Shown here: positions 1 through 11,076 of the stretch, one piece after another
Layout of the letters: each line of letters starts with the position of its first letter
Position numbering within the stretch: the stretch's first letter is position 1
From: Thermodesulfobacteriota bacterium
Lineage (GTDB): Bacteria; Desulfobacterota; Desulfobulbia; Desulfobulbales; SURF-16
NCBI GenBank assembly: GCA_039714595.1
Contig: JBDLJA010000009.1
Span: 189 to 64,188 of the forward strand
Direction of reading: 5' to 3'
Length of the DNA: 64,000 nt
Position numbers and translations under genes: made by a program
The notes under the pieces: model-generated
Seen by the model: only the letters and a program-made list of their open reading frames with translations
Told to the model about the DNA's origin: nothing
The model's database searches: none

Positions 1-1338
1 GCCGCTGCCCATGCCGCTGTTGCCGCTGCTGTTTATGGCCAGCCTGCCGTCCGGTCCGGCGATCACCGTCCCCGCACCCTTGAGAACCACGATGACCTGC
101 TGGGAAGTGGCAAGCTCCTGGGCCAGCTGCAGCCGCTTGGCCTGGACCTCGGCCGTACCCACCCCAAGGAGCCGGGCCATCTCGCCGGGATGGGGGGTGA
201 GGATGGTGCTGCTCCTAGCGGCCCGCGTCTTCAGGGCGGAGAGATCGAGATTGTTGAGACCGTCGGCGTCCAGGACTAAAGGCAGGTCGCTGTTGCCAAT
301 AGTGGTGTTGACCAGCTCCGCCGTTTCCGGGGCCAGGCCCAGACCGGGCCCCAGGACAAGAGCGTCTTTTCCCTGAAGATTAACTTCTATCTCCGGCCAG
401 TCGCCGGCGCCCAGGGCCTGACCGCTGAGGCCGGAGAGCCCGTGGGTCAGCGCCTCGGGGCAGGAGGCGGCCATGATGGTCTGCAACCGCTGGGGGACCA
501 GGAGGCTCACCAGACCGGCCCCGCCATGCAGGGCGCCGCGGCCGGTCAGGGTGGCGGCGCCGCTCATGCCGACGCTGCCGGCGACAATGGCCAGATGACC
601 GTGGCTCCCCTTGTGGCCGGTGGCCGAGCGCTGGGGCAGCAGGACCTTGGCCGATTCATGGTTCATGAGCTGGTTTTTTATATCCGCTTCAGCCACCAGC
701 TGGGGTGGGATGCCGATATCAAGCACCTGAAGCTGGCCCACTAACTCCCGGCCCGGGTACTGCACCTGGCCCACCTTGGCCAAGCCATAGGTGCAGGTGA
801 GATCCGCCTGGACCCCGCAGCCCCAGATCTGGCCCGTGTCGGAATCAACCCCCGAGGGGATGTCCACCGCCACCACCTGTGCCGCGCTTTCGTTCATCAG
901 GCTAATGGCCCGGGCGAAGTCGCCGCCTATCTCCCGCCCCAGGCCGGTGCCGAACAGGGCGTCCACCAGGATCTGGTACTCATTGATGTCCGGCCCCAGG
1001 GCCCCAAGGCCGGCGGAGAAGGGGATGGGCAGCTTGCGGCAGAAGGAGAGGTTTATGGCCGCGTCCCCCTGCATAGCATCGTCTGCCACCAGGAGACAGA
1101 CCGTCACCTGGGCCCCCAGCTGATGGAGGTGGCGGGCCATGACCAGCCCGTCACCGCCGTTGTTGCCCGGCCCCGCAAGGATCAATATTTTCTTGGCGGC
1201 CAGCTCCCCATAACGCTCTGCCATTGCCGCCACCGTGGCCCGGCCGGCGTTCTCCATGAGGACCACGCCGGGCAGACCAAGGGTGTTGATCGTCTCGGAA
1301 TCCAGGTCGCGCATCTGTTGGGCGGTGCAGAGCAGCAT
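1..1338 (-). CDS. nnr: Bifunctional NAD(P)H-hydrate epimerase/dehydratase (YjeF), 3' end truncated by window edge
   Basis: Not in ORF track (no stop inside window). Manual translation from ATG at 1338 gives MLLCTAQQMRDLD..., the YjeF_N motif ILAGPGNNGGDG, and the YjeF_C motifs ILTPHPGEMARL and INSSGNSGMGSG; 1338 and the position-1 codon are in the same frame. Confidence 0.93.
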   Translation of the reverse strand, partial: MLLCTAQQMRDLDSETINTLGLPGVVLMENAGRATVAAMAERYGELAAKKILILAGPGNNGGDGLVMARHLHQLGAQVTVCLLVADDAMQGDAAINLSFCRKLPIPFSAGLGALGPDINEYQILVDALFGTGLGREIGGDFARAISLMNESAAQVVAVDIPSGVDSDTGQIWGCGVQADLTCTYGLAKVGQVQYPGRELVGQLQVLDIGIPPQLVAEADIKNQLMNHESAKVLLPQRSATGHKGSHGHLAIVAGSVGMSGAATLTGRGALHGGAGLVSLLVPQRLQTIMAASCPEALTHGLSGLSGQALGAGDWPEIEVNLQGKDALVLGPGLGLAPETAELVNTTIGNSDLPLVLDADGLNNLDLSALKTRAARSSTILTPHPGEMARLLGVGTAEVQAKRLQLAQELATSQQVIVVLKGAGTVIAGPDGRLAINSSGNSGMGSG

Positions 1339-1419
1339 TTTTTTATTCGAATGTAGAAAACCACGTCCTTTGGGCGTGATCAGAGTTCAGTGGCTCTGCC
1401 AGTTGTTGGCAATGTTCAT

Positions 1420-1476
1420 TTTCTTTGCTTGCCTTTATGCCCTTTAGGGTGTTTATGCCCGCAGGGTGCAAAGAAA
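1420..1476. repeat. Palindromic element with nested tandem mini-hairpins
   Basis: TTTCTTTGC (1420-1428) and GCAAAGAAA (1468-1476) enclose two copies of TTTATGCCC-n2/3-AGGGTG. Confidence 0.6.
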
Positions 1477-1538
1477 GCGAACCAGCAGCAAAGCGGCGAA
1501 AGAAAGGGCACCCCAGCCATCTGGTCTTGGCAGACTTC

Positions 1539-1651
1539 CTTTGCCCTCCGCAAAAGATGGTGGGATTTTGAGAACTCGCAGAGTTTATACCCCCTTGAGG
1601 GGTGCTCAGACAGCTCAAAATCCTTTTCACCATCTTCCGCTACGGGCAAAG
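1539..1651. repeat. Long imperfect inverted repeat (~113 nt hairpin)
   Basis: Nested arm pairs CTTTGCCC/GGGCAAAG, AAGATGGTG/CACCATCTT and GGATTTTGAG/CTCAAAATCC, with an inner ACCCC/GGGGT stem. Confidence 0.7.
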
Positions 1652-1790
1652 CAGGTGGCAAGGGGGAAGACAAGCCCCTTTCAGGGGCTATCAAGGCCGG
1701 GTTCCCTGGGCCCAGATTTTTACTCTTCAGTTCATTATAGCCAAAAGGGTGGCAGGGGAAGGGAAAAGTTGTTTTTAGCAGGGCCTTTTC

Positions 1791-4460
<2,670 letters not shown>

Positions 4461-4567
4461 TATTTTTTTGCTAAATTTATAAGTTGAATTGTGCTTACCA
4501 AGCAACTTCAGCCAGTTTACTTGAGAGTGGTGGATTATCAGGTTAACGAGAACCACTTTGCTAAGGA

Positions 4568-4641
4568 TTTGCCACGGACCCCCCAGAAGACACGAAAATT
4601 AAATGAAAACATTCAGTGAATTCTGGGGGTTCCGTGGCAAA
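4568..4641. repeat. REP-like palindrome, TTTGCCACGGA family, copy 1
   Basis: 21-nt arms TTTGCCACGGACCCCCCAGAA and TTCTGGGGGTTCCGTGGCAAA (1 mismatch) around a 32-nt spacer; related copy at 19321. Confidence 0.85.
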
Positions 4642-4706
4642 ATTAAAGGACGCATCTCATTGGCTCCAATTTCATTGGTAATCACAAGTTGAACTGCGGC
4701 AATGGC

Positions 4707-5765
4707 CTAAACCACACTCCACGGCTTAGGAAAGAAGATGTTGGTGTAGAGGTCCAGGGCGTAGCGGTCGGTCATGCCGGCGATGAAGTCGCATACCCGG
4801 CGGGCCCGGGACGGCTCATCATTATAGGTCATGCCGGAGCCCCACACCTCACCGGAGGGGAGTTTGATGTCCTCTTCAATAAAGTATTCGTACAATTCCC
4901 GCAAGATTTTCATCGCCTTGAGGAAGTCGTCATGGATGAGGCGGGCCTGGTAGACGTGTTTATACAGGTAGCTACGCAGGCTGTTAATGGCGGCCAGGAT
5001 ATCGTCCCCCATGGCCAGCCGCGCCCCGCCTTCGGCCATGGTGTGGTGGATCAGGTCATTGACCATGGTGGAGATGCGCTGGGAGTTGCTGGGGCCGAGG
5101 ATGGCAATGATGTCGGAGAGTTCGTGATCTAATTCGATGATCCCGGCCCGGATGGCGTCGTCCAGGTCATGGTTGACGTAGGCCAGGATGTCGGCCAGCC
5201 GAACCACCTGGCCCTCCAGGGTGGTTGGCAACCCTTCAAGGTCGTCCGGCAGGATAGCCTTTAAGCCCTTGGAGTGGCGGACGATACCGTCGCGCACCTC
5301 AAAGGTGAGGTTCAAGCCCTGGCCCTTTTTCTCCAGCAGATCAACCACCCGCAGGCTCTGCTCATAGTGGCGGAAGCCCCCGGGGTACAGTTCGTCCAGT
5401 ACCGATTCACCGGCATGGCCGAAGGGGGTGTGGCCCAGGTCATGGCCCAGGGCAATGGCCTCGATGAGGTGTTCGTTGAGGCGCAGGGCGACGCCGATGG
5501 TGCGGCCGATCTGGGCCACCTCCAGGGCGTGGGTGAGGCGGGTGCGGTAGTGATCGCCGGTGGGGGCGAGGAACACCTGGGTCTTGTGGGTGAGGCGGCG
5601 GAAGGTCTTGCAGTGGATGATCCGGTCCCGGTCCCGCTGAAAGGGGAGGCGCAGGGGGCATTCTTCTTCTTGCCGCTGGCGGCCTTTACTGTTCTGGTTG
5701 AGGCAGGCGTGGGGGGAGAGGGCGGCCGCCTCCCGCCGGGCCAGGTCGATGCGCAGGTTTTCCAT
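4707..5765 (-). CDS. dgt: Deoxyguanosinetriphosphate triphosphohydrolase (HD family)
   Basis: FQRDRDRIIH, RRLTHKTQVF, RTRLTH, HDLGHTPFGHAGE and DFIAGMTDRYA motifs. Confidence 0.95.
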   Translation of the reverse strand: MENLRIDLARREAAALSPHACLNQNSKGRQRQEEECPLRLPFQRDRDRIIHCKTFRRLTHKTQVFLAPTGDHYRTRLTHALEVAQIGRTIGVALRLNEHLIEAIALGHDLGHTPFGHAGESVLDELYPGGFRHYEQSLRVVDLLEKKGQGLNLTFEVRDGIVRHSKGLKAILPDDLEGLPTTLEGQVVRLADILAYVNHDLDDAIRAGIIELDHELSDIIAILGPSNSQRISTMVNDLIHHTMAEGGARLAMGDDILAAINSLRSYLYKHVYQARLIHDDFLKAMKILRELYEYFIEEDIKLPSGEVWGSGMTYNDEPSRARRVCDFIAGMTDRYALDLYTNIFFPKPWSVV

Positions 5766-5990
5766 TTTTTTTGTGGCCTACCCGGGGCGCGGGCGTATTC
5801 ACTTAAAAGGGTGGGGGTTAAAGAACTAACAGAAGACAAAACCGCAATCGGCCCGGAAATGCAACTTTTTTCATGGCTGCCAAGGCGGAGCAGGAGCAGA
5901 TAAGAAAGAGGGTGAGCTGGGAAAACCTGGCTCTTGAACGGGTGGCGGAGGGGAAATGGCGGGCTGAGACCACCTTTGTTTAGTGGCACC

Positions 5991-6018
5991 GAGACCGCGG
6001 CTTTGCCACCGCGGTCTC
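5991..6018. terminator. Hairpin downstream of the carbonic anhydrase gene
   Basis: Perfect 10-bp stem GAGACCGCGG/CCGCGGTCTC; no clear U-tract. Confidence 0.45.
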
Positions 6019-6040
6019 ATTCTAGGACAAGTGAAAAAAA

Positions 6041-6817
6041 TTAATTTACCCGGGAGCCCACGTGGGTAACTATGTCGCCCCGGTTGAGCTGGCCCAGGAC
6101 CGGGTGATCCTGGATCTTGCCGGGCTTATTCTCGCCGTTAACGTTGACCACCACAACGGCGCCGCGCCCCTTGCCCCAGAGATTGTTGAAGTCGTAAACC
6201 GCGCCAACCACGGCCAGCTCTCCCGCCTCCACCTTGTCACCGTAGAGTTCCAGGGCCTTGGCCACCTGGTAGTCCACGTTGCGCTCCACGTTGTCGGCCC
6301 AGCGGCCGTCAAAGGAGCCGGTCTTGGGGTCCGCCTCAAGCATGGGCTGGAGCGGCTCGAGCTCAGCCTTGATGCCGCTGCTCTCGCCGGAGTAGTCGCC
6401 CATGGCCGCCTTCACCGCGCCGCAGCTGGAGTGGCCTAAGATCAGCAGCACCTTGGTGGGCAGGTGATGGACGCCATAGTCCACCGATCCTTCCGAGTTT
6501 ACGATCTGGTTGCCGATGTTGCGGATGGCGAAGATGTTGTTGTCCGGCTCAAAACCGAAGAGCTGGGTCTGGACCCGGGAGTCGGAACAGGTGATGATGG
6601 TGAGGTTGGGCACCTGGCCGCTCTGGAAGGCGTCGAAGTGGGTGGTGGCATGGTGGTGGATGAAGGAGTTGTTGCCCTCAATAACCCTTTTCATGGTGGA
6701 GGCGGGAGTGGCCTTGGCTGTGGGAGCATGGCCGCCGGAGGCCATGGCCAGAAGAGGGGTGAAGGCCAGGAGGCTGACGGCGCTCAGGGTGGCAAGGGAT
6801 TTCGCGATTATTTTCAT
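6041..6817 (-). CDS. Beta-class carbonic anhydrase with predicted signal peptide
   Basis: CSDSR and HSSCG zinc-ligand motifs, RNIGN; hydrophobic N-terminus MKIIAKSLATLSAVSLLAFTPLLAMA. Confidence 0.9.
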   Translation of the reverse strand: MKIIAKSLATLSAVSLLAFTPLLAMASGGHAPTAKATPASTMKRVIEGNNSFIHHHATTHFDAFQSGQVPNLTIITCSDSRVQTQLFGFEPDNNIFAIRNIGNQIVNSEGSVDYGVHHLPTKVLLILGHSSCGAVKAAMGDYSGESSGIKAELEPLQPMLEADPKTGSFDGRWADNVERNVDYQVAKALELYGDKVEAGELAVVGAVYDFNNLWGKGRGAVVVVNVNGENKPGKIQDHPVLGQLNRGDIVTHVGSRVN

Positions 6818-6968
6818 TTCTATCTCCTTGATGTTTGCAACAGGGCGGGGGCGTGGTTGGCCGTTATTGGCGTGGCTCTGAATTTACTAACTATGGCTGG
6901 CCGTGGGGAGGTGCTCCCTTTAGCGGCTAAAAAGATCAGCTGGCAATTTACCCAAATCTGCCACAAGT

Positions 6969-8933
6969 TCAAGAATTATTAAGCCTTTCCATCTCCTCCT
7001 GGGCCTCTTCCCACGCCTTGTAGGCCCGCTCCAGCTGCCGTTCCATCTTGCCATACTCATTGCTCTTGGCGGTGAAGGCGTCCTGGTCCTGGTAGAGGTC
7101 AGGGTCGGCCATCGCCTGTTCCAGGGTCTCCTTTTGTCTCTCCAGGGTCTCGATCTCCTTTTCCCGCGCCTTGATCTCCCTTTTTAAGGGAGTGGTGCGG
7201 CGGCTCAGCTCCTGGCGGGTCCGGGCCTCCTGCTGCCGTTGCTGTTTTGATTTTTTCTTGGCCTCTTGGGGCGCAGGGTCCGGTTTGCTTTGCGGTCCGG
7301 GACTAGCCTTGCCCCCCTCCTTGTCCTTCTTGGCCAGGTAATAGCTGATGTTGCCATCATAGACCACCCCCCGGCCCTCCTTGATCTCCAGGGTCTTGTT
7401 GGTGAAGTTGTCGAGGAAGTAACGGTTATGGGAGACGACGATGATGGTGCCGTCAAACTGGTTTAAGGCCGCCATGAGGATCTCCTGGCTGGAGATGTCC
7501 AGGTGGTTGGTGGGCTCATCCATAATGAGGAAATTGGCCGGGGTGGCGATCATCTTGGCCAGGGCCAAGCGCGATTTCTCGCCGCCGGAGAGGACCGCCA
7601 CCTTTTTGTCCACCTCTTCACCCCGGAAGAGGAAGGCGCCCAAGAGCGAGCGCACCTGGGTCATGTCCTTGTCCACGTCGATCATGTTCATCGTCTCCAG
7701 CACCGTGTAGTTTGGCAGCAGCTCCTGGGCCTGGTGCTGACCGAAGTAGGAGGTGATGACGTTGTGGCCAAATTTTATCTCTCCTCTGTCGGGCTGGTGG
7801 AGGCCGGCCAGCATCTTGACCAGGGTGGACTTGCCGGCCCCGTTTACCCCCACCACGGCTAACTTGTCGCCCCGGTTAAGCTCCAGGTTGAGCTCCTTAT
7901 AGACGGTGAGATCGGCAAATGACTTGCTAACCCCGGCAAGCTCCACGGCCAGCCGGCCACTGGCAGGGGCAGGGGGGAAACGGAAATGGACCTGGGACTC
8001 GCTATCTTCAAGCTCAATGAGGTCCATCTTCTCCAGCTGCTTTAAGCGGGACTGGGCCTGCTTGGCCTTGGTGGATTTGGCCCGGAACCTCTCCACAAAG
8101 CGCATGGTCTGGTCGATCTTGGCCTGCTGATTGTCATAGGCCGCCTTGAGGATTGTGAGCCTCTCCTCCTTGTCATGGACGTAGTGCGAGTAATTGCCCT
8201 TATATATTGTCAGCCGCCCCAGGCTCAGCTCCCAGGTGGAACTGGTGAGGTTGTCGAGGAAGGCGCGGTCATGGGAGATGATCACTAAGGCCCCATGATA
8301 CTCCTTTAAAAACTCCTCCAGCCAGGTGAGGGTCTCCATGTCCAGGTGGTTGGTGGGTTCGTCCAGGAGCAGATAGGGCGGGGCGACGAGCAGCTGCTTG
8401 GCCAGCATCAGACGCATGAGCCAGCCGCCGGAGAACTCCTGGCAATCCTTGTCCATGTCATCGGCCGTAAAGCCCAAGCCCATGAGGACCTTCTCTATCT
8501 GGGCGTCCATGGTAAAGATCTGGCCCTGGTCCAGGGCCTGTTGCAACTCCCCCTGGCGCTCCAGGAGGCTGTTTACCTCTTCTGAGTTGGGGGCAAGCTC
8601 GCTCATCTTCTGGTAGATCTCATCCAGCTCCTGCTGTTTTGCCAGGAGATGGCGGAAGGCCTGGCGCGCCTCGTCCACCAGGCTGCGGCCCGGCTTCACC
8701 GGGGCGATCTCCTGGGGCAGGTAGCCGATGATGGTCTCCCGGTCCCCCTTGGGGATGGTGATGACGCCGGGGTCTGTTTCGCTCTCCCCGGCCAGGATTT
8801 TGAGTAAGGTGGACTTGCCGGTGCCGTTGACCCCCACCAGGCCGATGTGGTCCTGGCCGTGGATGCGGGCGGAGATCTTTTTGAAAATATGTTTTTCCCC
8901 ATATTGAAGGGAGAGGTCGTTAATGGTAATCAT
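6969..8933 (-). CDS. ABC-F family ATP-binding protein
   Basis: Two ABC cassettes (GVNGTGKS, FSGGW, LLLDEPTNHLD; GVNGAGKS, LSGGE), no transmembrane segments, C-terminal coiled coil. Confidence 0.95.
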   Translation of the reverse strand: MITINDLSLQYGEKHIFKKISARIHGQDHIGLVGVNGTGKSTLLKILAGESETDPGVITIPKGDRETIIGYLPQEIAPVKPGRSLVDEARQAFRHLLAKQQELDEIYQKMSELAPNSEEVNSLLERQGELQQALDQGQIFTMDAQIEKVLMGLGFTADDMDKDCQEFSGGWLMRLMLAKQLLVAPPYLLLDEPTNHLDMETLTWLEEFLKEYHGALVIISHDRAFLDNLTSSTWELSLGRLTIYKGNYSHYVHDKEERLTILKAAYDNQQAKIDQTMRFVERFRAKSTKAKQAQSRLKQLEKMDLIELEDSESQVHFRFPPAPASGRLAVELAGVSKSFADLTVYKELNLELNRGDKLAVVGVNGAGKSTLVKMLAGLHQPDRGEIKFGHNVITSYFGQHQAQELLPNYTVLETMNMIDVDKDMTQVRSLLGAFLFRGEEVDKKVAVLSGGEKSRLALAKMIATPANFLIMDEPTNHLDISSQEILMAALNQFDGTIIVVSHNRYFLDNFTNKTLEIKEGRGVVYDGNISYYLAKKDKEGGKASPGPQSKPDPAPQEAKKKSKQQRQQEARTRQELSRRTTPLKREIKAREKEIETLERQKETLEQAMADPDLYQDQDAFTAKSNEYGKMERQLERAYKAWEEAQEEMERLNNS

Positions 8934-9138
8934 ATTTTTTGCGATGGGGGCTTTGTTGTTGAGGCGCGTCGGTGGGGCAGGTTGCTGCTGCCACTGCTGC
9001 TGCTGCTGCTCTCTGGTAGCATAAATGTCTTAAAAAGGCTTGGCTATTTTTGCCTTGGGCCCCTCAGGCTTTTTTGCTATCGGCAGGGCTGATATTCGCG
9101 GTTTTTTTTTAATAGGTTGCCGGTAAAGGGAAAAAAAT

Positions 9139-9948
9139 ATGGAATCAGTGGTTTACACCCGGGAATTTGCCTCATGGTCCGCTTCGGTCGCCCCTTTAGT
9201 CCGGGGCTGCGGCCTGCTGCCCCGCCTCGCCGACCAGCAGCGGCTCCTGATAAAACCTAACCTGGTGGAGGTGCTGGCCCCTCCCATCACCACCCCGGTA
9301 GCCCTGGTGGCGGAGATTATCCGGGAGGTGCGCCGCAGCTATCCCGACCTGGAGATCATGGTGGGGGAGGGATGCGGGTCTAAAGATTATGACACCTTCC
9401 ACGTCTTTGACCAGTTGGGTTACAGTGAGATGGGTCGTGAACTGGCGGTGGAACTCATTGATCTCAATGAGGAGGAGTGGCGGGAGAGGGAGGTGCCCCA
9501 GGCCCGGCGCTGGCCGCTGATCCATCTGCCCCGCCTGGTGGATGAGGTGTTCCTTCTCTCCGTGCCGGTCCTTAAGGCCCACAGCCTGGCCGGCGTTACC
9601 CTGACTTTGAAGAATATGATGGGCCTCTTGCCCCCGGCCCGTTACCAGCAGGGGGGCAACTGGCGCAAGGCCGCCTTCCACGAAGATATTCATGGCTCGC
9701 TTATTGATCTTAACCGGGCCCGTTGCCCCGATTTCACCATAATAGATGGTACCATCGGTATGCAGCAGGCCCATCTCTGGGGCCCCCACTGTGAGCCGGC
9801 CAAGAATACATTGGCCGCCAGCCCAGACCCGGTGGCCATCGATGCCTGGGGCGCTGATCTCCTGGGCTTCGGCTGGCAGGCAATCGAGCATATCAGGGCC
9901 CTGGACGGGGTGCTGGGCCAGGCCGCCTATGAACTGGTGGCCCTGTAG
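9139..9948 (+). CDS. DUF362 family protein
   Basis: LIKPNLV, VPVLKAH, GVTLTLKNMMG and DPVAID motifs typical of DUF362. Confidence 0.85.
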   Translation: MESVVYTREFASWSASVAPLVRGCGLLPRLADQQRLLIKPNLVEVLAPPITTPVALVAEIIREVRRSYPDLEIMVGEGCGSKDYDTFHVFDQLGYSEMGRELAVELIDLNEEEWREREVPQARRWPLIHLPRLVDEVFLLSVPVLKAHSLAGVTLTLKNMMGLLPPARYQQGGNWRKAAFHEDIHGSLIDLNRARCPDFTIIDGTIGMQQAHLWGPHCEPAKNTLAASPDPVAIDAWGADLLGFGWQAIEHIRALDGVLGQAAYELVAL

Positions 9949-9978
9949 GCAAATAATAAAGAGGGGAGGGTAAAACAA

Positions 9979-10788
9979 ATGTGGTCATCCAAAGACGTCT
10001 ATTACATCTCTGACTCCACCGGTATCCTGGCTGAGACCATGGGCCAGGCCCTGCTCTGCCATTTCCCGGCCGTGGCCTTTTACGAGGAAACCTTTCCCTT
10101 TATCGGTTCCGTGGCCGAGGCGAAGAAGGTCCTGGAGAAGATCATGGCCCAGTCCAGCGGTCTCAGGCCTCTGGTCTTTTCCTCCATTATGGACCCCAAG
10201 GTCCAGGCGGTCTTTGACGTGGCCCAGGTGGAGATGTTTGATGTCCTCTCAAGCCACCTGGATCGTCTGGAACTTGTCCTTGAGGCCCGGGCCCTGCGGG
10301 CCCCCGGTTTTTCCCACAACCCCAGCGACGAGGCGATGGATAAGAGGGTGGAGGCCATTCACTTCAGCCTCAATCATGACGATGGCACCAACCCTCGCGA
10401 GTATGATGAGGCGGATGTGATTATCCTCGGGGTGTCCCGGGCCGGTAAGACGCCGGTCTCGGTCTACCTGGCCACCCACATGGGCCTGAAGGCGGCCAAT
10501 CTGCCGCTGACCGAGGAGTATCTGGCCCGGGCTGAACTGCCCGACTATATTACAAGCAACAGGAGCCGGGCCATTGGTATCACCACCAATCCGGAACAGC
10601 TCCACGCCATCCGCGAAAAACGGATGCCCGATTCCACCTATGCCGCCCTGGCCACCTGCCGCCACGAGCTGGGCCAGGCCCTGCAGCTTTACCTCCAGCA
10701 TGATATTCCCTACATCTCTTCCTCCGGCAAGTCCATTGAAGAGCTGGCGGCCCAGATCTGCAAGGAGCTGGGGGTGGGGCGCAAGTAA
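9979..10788 (+). CDS. ppsR: PEP synthase / pyruvate phosphate dikinase regulatory protein (DUF299 kinase/phosphorylase)
   Basis: ISDSTG, HDDG, GVSRAGKTP, KAANLPL and SIEELA motifs. Confidence 0.92.
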   Translation: MWSSKDVYYISDSTGILAETMGQALLCHFPAVAFYEETFPFIGSVAEAKKVLEKIMAQSSGLRPLVFSSIMDPKVQAVFDVAQVEMFDVLSSHLDRLELVLEARALRAPGFSHNPSDEAMDKRVEAIHFSLNHDDGTNPREYDEADVIILGVSRAGKTPVSVYLATHMGLKAANLPLTEEYLARAELPDYITSNRSRAIGITTNPEQLHAIREKRMPDSTYAALATCRHELGQALQLYLQHDIPYISSSGKSIEELAAQICKELGVGRK

Positions 10789-11029
10789 GCGCTGACCTCC
10801 TGCCGCTATTTTTGCGGGAGTGTAAAACAAAGAATGAATTTTTGTGGTGAGGGGAGGGAGGGGAAGGGACGGTGGCCATTATTTAAGATAAATTGGCTGC
10901 CGGTAAAAAATCATAAATCCTTAATAGAACTTGCTTTCCCTTAAGGGCAGGCTTCGAAGACGCAACGTTATAATTCGTTAAATCCGTGAGTTAGCTTAGC
11001 GTCTTTGCTGTCCACATGACAGTAGAACC

Positions 11030-11058
11030 GCTCTTGAAAAATGTAATTTTTCAAGAGC
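11030..11058. terminator. Bidirectional terminator-like hairpin between convergent ppsR and glgP
   Basis: Perfect 12-bp stem GCTCTTGAAAAA/TTTTTCAAGAGC with a 5-nt loop. Confidence 0.65.
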
Positions 11059-11076
11059 CTTAGAAAAATCCTGGGG

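Noticed and set aside
11-1356. Several plus-strand ORFs over the first 1.3 kb
   Set aside because: They are shadow ORFs of the minus-strand nnr gene, which the track omitted because its stop lies outside the window. Most other overlapping antisense ORFs in the track have the same explanation (GC-rich codon bias).
4461-4706. Possible T-box leader upstream of valS
   Set aside because: No T-box consensus (GGTGGNACCGCG) or specifier stem is visible; the structure present is the TTTGCCACGGA palindrome.
5991-6018. GCAAAGCC on the minus strand resembling a GEMM junction
   Set aside because: It is the loop of a simple 10-bp hairpin, with no P2/GNRA or P1 elements.
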